Below are positions 30,001-35,398 of a stretch of DNA of 35,398 bases, in pieces. Position numbers and translations under genes: made by a program. The first letter of the stretch is position 1, and every line of letters begins with the position of its first letter. The stretch is from Bacillota bacterium (GTDB lineage: Bacteria; Bacillota; Clostridia; UBA1381), in contig JAJQAT010000027.1 in NCBI GenBank assembly GCA_021203665.1, positions 1 through 35,398 on the forward strand, given 5' to 3'. The notes under the pieces are model-generated. The model saw only the letters and a program-made list of their open reading frames with translations. It was not told the origin of the DNA and made no database searches.

Positions 30001-32297
30001 ATATATTGAATATTATTGAATATCATACAACCTCCGGAGTTTCAACTATGTTTGCTTTGGCGGACGGTGAAGAATCGTCTGTAAGCAGCGCATGGACATT
30101 GTTAGCAGACGGTGATGATAATCCGTTGAACAGAAGCCAGATAAGATGGGATATAGAGATTGAATTTGACTATAACCAAGATGTTGCAACTATAACATTG
30201 GCAGGCTGTAACAGTTCGTGGGAAAAGGGTAAAACATATCAGTACAGCTTTGATTTAAACGGTGCAAGCTTTAAAACGTTGAAATATGAAACAAATGAGA
30301 TTGCGGATTATGTTTCAGGTTCACCGTCGTTGAAAGATTGTTCATATGTATATGAAACAACCATAAGCGGAGAAACCGAGACGGTATATGAATCCGGTAC
30401 GGAAAATGTTCCCATGACATCCTCAACGGTGGACGATTGGGTACAGACCGGAACCGATACGGCGGAGCTTGCATATGACAGCGAAAACGACCGCATATTG
30501 TACAATCCGACACAGCCGGGCGCGGAATATTATGCCACAAAGACATTTGACGCTCTTCAATCCGTGGATTCGCTGATAACATACGATGTGGATTGGTATT
30601 TCGGCAGCGCGGTAAACAGGGACGGCAATTTTGAATATATTCAATTCGGCGATTATCTGCGTATAGGCTGGACAAACGGCTATGTAACATGGGTAAGCAC
30701 GGACGGCGGCAAAACATGGATTGACAGCGACGAGGACGGCACCGCGGACAGCATATTTACCGGTTCAAACACGACATATACAAAGAATATAAAGGTTATA
30801 TTCGACCCGAGCGCGAAGCAAATAAAGGCGTTCTACTTTGACGGAAGTCTAATTTTATCCGATTATACGTACAGTGATTCGACCGAGTTTACCATTGAGG
30901 ACATAGATTCTGTTACGTTCGGATTTACCCGCGGCGGACAGCCGCCCGCATGGGAGGTGCCGAACGGTATCGATTCAATCAAGGTTACGCAGTTTATCGA
31001 GGGCGAGGAAACCCCCGATTTCACGGCGGTTACTATAACCGGGATTAGTGATAACACCGTAAGCGTGGATTATGATTTGGTTAATTATTCCGGCAACAAC
31101 GCGCAGGTAATCGGCGCTTTGTATGACGAAAACGGAATTTTGGTAGAGGTTAAAGCCGGAACGGCAAACACCTATGACGATATAAGCGAAAGTATAGTAC
31201 AGGGCGAGGAGGATCTAACGTTCACAAACGACCCGACAGAGTATAACCTAAAGGTATACCTTTGGGACAGCGTTGAGGGCATGGTTCCGATAGTTGATGC
31301 GGCGGAGCGTGAATCCGGAGCGGTGGCAACAGCCGCTCCGACCGCGTCGCCGACGCCTACGGTTGACCCGAACGCGACCGAAAGTCCGAGCCCGTCGCCT
31401 ACGGCAAGTCCGACCCCGTCGCCTTCACCTACGGCGGAGCCTACGCCGTCGCCAACTCCGACAGTTGCGCCGACGATTGACCCCGACGTGACATATGAGG
31501 AGGTATTCACGTCAAGCGAAAGCTTCCTTATGGAGGACGACACAACAAATAACAAGTGGATTATATCCTATGACGGCACAACGGCGGCTGAAGCTGCGGC
31601 GGATTCGTCAAAGACAGTAACCGCTTCGGAAATAAGCACCGATATAGGCGGAAACGATACAGCTAAGCTGTACCTTGCAAACAAGGCGGTTGAATACGTG
31701 CTTGACGAGGCTGTAAGCGAGGGCTGCTTTAAGCTCACATATGATATGTATATCGACAAGTCAACAAACGCGTCAGGCTACGGAAGATATTTCAGAACCT
31801 ATCTTGACAACGCCGCGCATGACTATGACGCGGCAACGGGCAAGGCGTCCGTAAATGACACAAGCGGCTCATTCTTCCATATGATGGATTATTATGATAC
31901 GGTATATACAACATCATCGGTTGATTTGCTCAGCGCGAATCAGAACAGCTCTTTCACAACGGGAGCGATTCAGCTCTCGGAAACTGCGCTTGAGGACGCT
32001 AAATGGTACAGAGTTGTTATTGAGGGCGACTTGGATAACGACGTTGTTATAGTGTCGTACTACGCGCACGGCGACAGCTATAACGCCGATTTGGATATTT
32101 CGACCGAAACACCGGTGATTTCGGCGAACGGCTGCTTCACAGATGACAGAACAAGGAGCATTAAGCAGATTAAGCTTATGAGAACCGCGGGCGGCGATTT
32201 GTATTACGACAATATCAAGCTCGAAAAGGAAACCGCCGATACAACGGGCGGCGAGACCGATACCGGCAGTGAATCCGACAGCGGCAGTGCCGAATAA
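27039..32297 (+). CDS. Large secreted multimodular rhamnogalacturonan lyase (PL11, YesW/YesX-like)
   Basis: Signal peptide ending AASA; MEKLDRGLVAV...YLSWRLLG, ANDASVGDIDGDGEYEIILKWDP, GAHYTQFMVYDFDGDG, GQGNHN, GHGDAMH, DWREE, YNQPTH (about 27150-29110); two Big_2 domains (WTSSDTSVATV, WTSADETVATV); further beta domains, unassigned module and P/T linker. Confidence 0.92.
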   Translation: MRKRILSILLSASMAASLVTVPIAASAEANTPTYQTTERKMEKLDRGLVAVKVTGGVYLSWRLLGDEDLTSQEYDIYRDDTLIYTTENASGTNYTDSDGTTTSEYKVVKHGADASGEEAVTPWNTNTTSSSSVASYSEYNSMAYMDVAIQNPGTLLNSAAFAGDEDSSKTCTYTANDASVGDIDGDGEYEIILKWDPSNSKDSAGADYTGRVFVDAYEMDGTFLWRIDLGYNVTAGAHYTQFMVYDFDGDGYAEVAMKTAPGSKDGQNTVNEDGTWNEDGGEYVSLAGDTDEIRNVSNTTSFIGTSGSQKGKNPYTQYLTIFDGATGAALATTEYIPYDTVSSWGDSTFNRSERYLAAVAYLDGVTPSLIMCRGYYAAAVIRAYTWDGEELNMQWQYVGSSSGESSLYGQGNHNLSIGDIDGDGCDEIVYGSAALDNDGKTVMGNTQLGHGDAMHMSDFNNDGEQEVFSVKEDSEGYKYYAMDLRNAATGEHFWDSGVLTTSSDNGRGVMDNIDDAYAAANPESGLALGWDSGHDNAVDLNGNEVAAKPVFSSRSGCNFLVYWDGDLGREILDDTLIGKYYAQDGTNSNGYSVSAGTTLRFYNGTSGYTLYGASSNNDTKYNPCLVADLFGDWREEIIMRYGDDALRIYMSTIPSDYRLTTLMHDSQYRMSVAWQNVAYNQPTHTSYYIGSAALATDESGETLNYLAPAVAYTKVTYSTGEDVAVTGLTLSESSIQVERTKSYTLNASLTPTDATTKGIIWTSSDTSVATVANGIVKGVGEGTATITATSKDETNGTISASCTVEVYSTPVTSVTLADKSIDIGMGYTKTLSATVAPSDATDTSLTWTSADETVATVDEDGVVTGVSYGKTTITATNEDSGLSAQCIVKVKPIDSTDMTGDDVFVTSNTTDDTISYTGTSTTAAFTLTQATVPVEFHKDFEPYSDNKAILSYKFTTGGSKDSSTGNYIWIDGHTYNTELKLLDTDGNNILNIIEYHTTSGVSTMFALADGEESSVSSAWTLLADGDDNPLNRSQIRWDIEIEFDYNQDVATITLAGCNSSWEKGKTYQYSFDLNGASFKTLKYETNEIADYVSGSPSLKDCSYVYETTISGETETVYESGTENVPMTSSTVDDWVQTGTDTAELAYDSENDRILYNPTQPGAEYYATKTFDALQSVDSLITYDVDWYFGSAVNRDGNFEYIQFGDYLRIGWTNGYVTWVSTDGGKTWIDSDEDGTADSIFTGSNTTYTKNIKVIFDPSAKQIKAFYFDGSLILSDYTYSDSTEFTIEDIDSVTFGFTRGGQPPAWEVPNGIDSIKVTQFIEGEETPDFTAVTITGISDNTVSVDYDLVNYSGNNAQVIGALYDENGILVEVKAGTANTYDDISESIVQGEEDLTFTNDPTEYNLKVYLWDSVEGMVPIVDAAERESGAVATAAPTASPTPTVDPNATESPSPSPTASPTPSPSPTAEPTPSPTPTVAPTIDPDVTYEEVFTSSESFLMEDDTTNNKWIISYDGTTAAEAAADSSKTVTASEISTDIGGNDTAKLYLANKAVEYVLDEAVSEGCFKLTYDMYIDKSTNASGYGRYFRTYLDNAAHDYDAATGKASVNDTSGSFFHMMDYYDTVYTTSSVDLLSANQNSSFTTGAIQLSETALEDAKWYRVVIEGDLDNDVVIVSYYAHGDSYNADLDISTETPVISANGCFTDDRTRSIKQIKLMRTAGGDLYYDNIKLEKETADTTGGETDTGSESDSGSAE
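31325..31490 (+). repeat. Pro/Thr/Ser-rich linker coding repeat
   Basis: ATAAPTASPTPTVDPNATESPSPSPTASPTPSPSPTAEPTPSPTPTVAPTIDPD. Confidence 0.85.
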
Positions 32298-32308
32298 CAT
32301 ATAAAATT

Positions 32309-32347
32309 AAAAGCAGACAAACCCGAAGCGGCTTGCCTGCTTTTTTA
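32309..32347. terminator. Bidirectional terminator between the PL11 gene and lgt
   Basis: AAAAGCAGACAA...TTGCCTGCTTTTTT imperfect stem between convergent genes. Confidence 0.75.
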
Positions 32348-32385
32348 TATTCATCATACATTGTTTCAGTATTATAAATTACGTC

Positions 32386-33183
32386 CTATTCGGTTTTGCT
32401 CTTTTTCGGTATCAGCTGCAAGTACACAAAGCACGCCGCGGCGGCGGCAATGAACAATCCCGCCACAACCTGAGATATGCCCAGCACGTTCGGTATAATA
32501 TATAAAATATACTCGGGATCCCTCATGCCCTCTAAGAAAATTCTGCCCAGCGAATACCAGAAGATATAGAAGCAGAACACCTGACCGTCGTTCTTTTTCT
32601 TATCGCGGTAAATCAACAGGAGGATAAGACCAAGTATATTCCATGCCGATTCATACAAGAACAGCGGATGAACCGCCGGAGCCGCGTTTATGGACATTGC
32701 GAAAAGGCTGTCCGTTTCGCGTCCGTAAACCTCGGCGTTGACAAAGTTGCCGAATCTGCCTATAGCCTGACCTATTAAAAGTCCCGGCGCGCACACGTCA
32801 AACACCTTTGGTATGCTGAGTTTTTTAATGCGGCAGTATATAATGGTCGAAATCGACGCGCCTATAATGCCGCCGTAAATGGCAAGACCGCCGTTCCATA
32901 TCTTAAACATATCCGCCACGGAGTCAAACTCGTCCAGAGAGAACAGCACATAATACAGTCTCGCGCCTATAATGCCCGCCACAAGACCGATAAGCGCTAT
33001 GTCCCATATATTGTCCTTGTTCACTCCGCGCTTGGCGCAGGTCTTGTACACAAATATCAGAGCCAAAAGAAATCCCGCCAGGATTATAAGCGCGTACCAG
33101 TATATCGACTTGGAGCCTATTTTAAACGCTACGGGGTTTATATTAAATTTAATGCCTAAATTGGTAAATCTGATTACTTTCAT
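32386..33183 (-). CDS. lgt: Prolipoprotein diacylglyceryl transferase
   Basis: IYWYAL, IGARLYYV, IWNGGLAIYGG, GQAIGRFGNFVNAEVYG, HPLFLYES, RIFLEGMR. Confidence 0.96.
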   Translation of the reverse strand: MKVIRFTNLGIKFNINPVAFKIGSKSIYWYALIILAGFLLALIFVYKTCAKRGVNKDNIWDIALIGLVAGIIGARLYYVLFSLDEFDSVADMFKIWNGGLAIYGGIIGASISTIIYCRIKKLSIPKVFDVCAPGLLIGQAIGRFGNFVNAEVYGRETDSLFAMSINAAPAVHPLFLYESAWNILGLILLLIYRDKKKNDGQVFCFYIFWYSLGRIFLEGMRDPEYILYIIPNVLGISQVVAGLFIAAAAACFVYLQLIPKKSKTE

Positions 33184-33188
33184 ATTAT

Positions 33189-35351
33189 TTATGCCTCCTT
33201 CATGGAAAGTGAAATTCGTTTTTTCTTCGCGTCAACCTCAAGCACGCGGACCTTTACAATATCGCCGACCGAAAGCACATCGGTGGGGTGCTTGATATAT
33301 CTGTCGCAAATCTGCGATATATGCACAAGTCCGTCCTGATGCACGCCGATGTCAACAAACGCTCCGAAATCTATGACGTTTCTCACGGTGCCTGTCAGCA
33401 CCATATCGGGTTTTAAATCCTCCATTGACAGAATATCGCTGCGAAGCACCGGCTGCGGCAGCTCATCGCGCGGGTCGCGCCCTTTCTTAACAATGCTGTC
33501 GGCAATGTCGTTAAGGGTTATTTCGCCTATACCGAGCCTTTCGGCAAGCTCGGCGGAATTAACGCGGGAGAGCTTTTTCTTTAAATCGCTTACATTTCCG
33601 CTTTGCGCGTCCTCCTCGCTGTAGCCGAGTAATTTCAGAAGCTCCTTTGCCGCGGCATAGCTTTCCGGATGTACCGAGGTGTTGTCGAGCGGATTGTCTC
33701 CGTCCGTGATTCTCAAAAATCCCGCGCATTGCTCAAACGCCTTCGCACCGAGCTTTGGTACCTTAAGCAAATCCTTTCGCGTGTTGAATTTTCCGTTTTC
33801 CTCGCGGTAGGTGATAATGTTTTTTGAAACGGTCTTGTTTATACCGGCGACATATGAGAGCAGCGACGGCGACGCGGTATTGAGGTCAACGCCGACGCTG
33901 TTTACGCAGCTTTCAACCACTCCGCCCAACGCTTCGCCCAACCGCTTTTGGTTCATATCGTGCTGATATTGTCCCACGCCTATTGATTTCGGGTCTATCT
34001 TCACAAGCTCCGCCAACGGGTCCTGCACGCGGCGCGCGATTGACACGGCACTCCGCAATGCTACGTCGTACTGCGGAAATTCCTCCGCGGCGAGCTTGGA
34101 CGCGCTGTAAACGGACGCGCCCGCCTCATTGGTCATAATGTAATAAACCTCTCTGTCAAGTCCCTTTAAAAGCTCGGAAATGAATATTTCGCTTTCCTTG
34201 GACGCGGTTCCGTTTCCTATTGAAATCAGATTTACATTATTTTTCGCAATCATATCGGTGAGCTGCTTTTTCGCTTTGTCCTTGTCGTGATGGGGGAGAG
34301 TGCAGTATACCACGCTTGTGTCAAGCACCTTGCCCGTTTCGTCAACCACGGCGACCTTGCAGCCCGTTCTGTAGCCCGGGTCAAACCCCATTACGACCTT
34401 GTCCTTTATCGGCGGCTGTAACAAAAGACCGGAAAGATTTTGATTAAATACCTTTATGGACGCTTCTTCGGCGTTTTCCGTGAGCATATTGCGTATCTCG
34501 GTGGCTATGGACGGAGCTATAAGACGCTTGTAGCTGTCCATAGCGGCGCTTTTTACGTACCGCGTTGACGGCGCCTCGGTTTTCGGCGTGAGGCGGCGGA
34601 AAAGATAATTGTGTATCTTATCCTCGTCCATATCTATTTTAACGGATAGAAAACCCTCCTTTTCGCCTCGGTTGACAGCCAAAACCCTGTGATTGGCTAT
34701 TTTTTTAATAGGCTCCGCGAAATCGTAATAAAGGCGGTACACACTGTCCTCCTCTGCCGCCGCCTTTGAAACAAGAAGTCCCTCGTTTACGGTTCTTACT
34801 CTTATATCCTTGCGGTATTCGGCGTTGTCGCTTATATTCTCGGCTATTATGTCCATCGCGCCGGCTATCGCGTCCTCCGCCGTTTCAACGCCCTTTTCGG
34901 CATCAATAAAATCAAGCGCGATTGATTCGATATTGTCGCCCCTGTTTTGCGCCGCTATAATCTCGGCTAACGGTTCAAGTCCCTTTTCCTTGGCTATTGT
35001 CGCTCTCGTGCGGCGCTTCGGACGGTACGGGCGGTATATATCCTCCAGCTCCGACAGCGCTGCGGCATTGTCTATAGCCGCGCTAATCTCATCCGTGAGC
35101 TTTCCCTGCTCGTCGATAAGACGTGAAATTTCCTCCTTTTTGCTTTCGAGATTGCGCAGATAGTTAAGCCTCTCGTAAAACCCGCGCAGCACCTCGTCGC
35201 TCAGCGAGCCCGTAGCCTCTTTTCTGTAGCGCGCGATGAACGGTATCGTATTGCCGTCGTCGATAAGCTTTACGGTGCTTTCGACCTGCGTTCGGCGCAG
35301 ATTAAATTCCGACATAAGCAGACGGATGATTTTGTCCTCAGAATTTACCAT
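33189..35351 (-). CDS. tex: Tex-family RNA-binding transcriptional accessory protein
   Basis: GNTIPFIARYRKEATG, LEDIYRPYRPKRRTRA, GFDPGYRTGCK, IGNGTAS, EAGASVYSAS, SIGVGQYQHD, S1 domain FGAFVDIGVHQDGLVHIS. Confidence 0.96.
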   Translation of the reverse strand: MVNSEDKIIRLLMSEFNLRRTQVESTVKLIDDGNTIPFIARYRKEATGSLSDEVLRGFYERLNYLRNLESKKEEISRLIDEQGKLTDEISAAIDNAAALSELEDIYRPYRPKRRTRATIAKEKGLEPLAEIIAAQNRGDNIESIALDFIDAEKGVETAEDAIAGAMDIIAENISDNAEYRKDIRVRTVNEGLLVSKAAAEEDSVYRLYYDFAEPIKKIANHRVLAVNRGEKEGFLSVKIDMDEDKIHNYLFRRLTPKTEAPSTRYVKSAAMDSYKRLIAPSIATEIRNMLTENAEEASIKVFNQNLSGLLLQPPIKDKVVMGFDPGYRTGCKVAVVDETGKVLDTSVVYCTLPHHDKDKAKKQLTDMIAKNNVNLISIGNGTASKESEIFISELLKGLDREVYYIMTNEAGASVYSASKLAAEEFPQYDVALRSAVSIARRVQDPLAELVKIDPKSIGVGQYQHDMNQKRLGEALGGVVESCVNSVGVDLNTASPSLLSYVAGINKTVSKNIITYREENGKFNTRKDLLKVPKLGAKAFEQCAGFLRITDGDNPLDNTSVHPESYAAAKELLKLLGYSEEDAQSGNVSDLKKKLSRVNSAELAERLGIGEITLNDIADSIVKKGRDPRDELPQPVLRSDILSMEDLKPDMVLTGTVRNVIDFGAFVDIGVHQDGLVHISQICDRYIKHPTDVLSVGDIVKVRVLEVDAKKKRISLSMKEA

Positions 35352-35398
35352 ATGTAATATCCTCCAAAAATTTAATAATCCCGATGAAATTATTTTGT

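Noticed and set aside
31325-31490. Short CCGAC/CCGTC repeats (also 21900-22012) as a CRISPR array or VNTR
   Set aside because: Degenerate, in frame and explained by P/T linkers; no constant repeat-spacer period and no cas genes.
241-35163. Many antisense and off-frame ORFs, e.g. 8618-9421, 15409-16080, 20866-21624
   Set aside because: They overlap well-supported genes, lack recognisable motifs and read as codon-bias shadows.

Overview
A 35.4-kb chromosomal segment from a spore-forming, probably pectinolytic clostridial (Bacillota) genome. It is mostly core genes: dnaG-sigA-prmA plus a flavodiiron-like gene, pgi, a small P-loop protein, thrC, a GalK-like GHMP kinase, the spoIIGA-sigE-sigG operon with Spo0A boxes, a CdaR/PucR regulator, an S41 protease, an LTA-synthase-family protein, a CE4 deacetylase, fba, a Cys-rich protein, an Ogg glycosylase, tRNA-Leu(TAG), spoIID, lgt and tex. 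Two very large secreted multimodular proteins flank spoIID: a 1639-aa protein ending in a CE12-like SGNH esterase and a 1752-aa PL11 rhamnogalacturonan lyase. I see no mobile element, integrase, prophage or CRISPR array. The best leads are: (1) an unassigned 75-90-aa module followed by a P/T linker, shared by both giant enzymes, which have no visible SLH, dockerin or LPxTG anchor; (2) a flavodiiron protein that has lost most diiron ligands; (3) a GalK-like kinase whose sugar-binding motif resembles plant galacturonokinase; (4) low-GC segments inside the giant genes; (5) a probably leaderless ogg mRNA and a terminator overlapping a putative sigmaE promoter and RBS. All family assignments come from motif recognition by eye; no searches were run.
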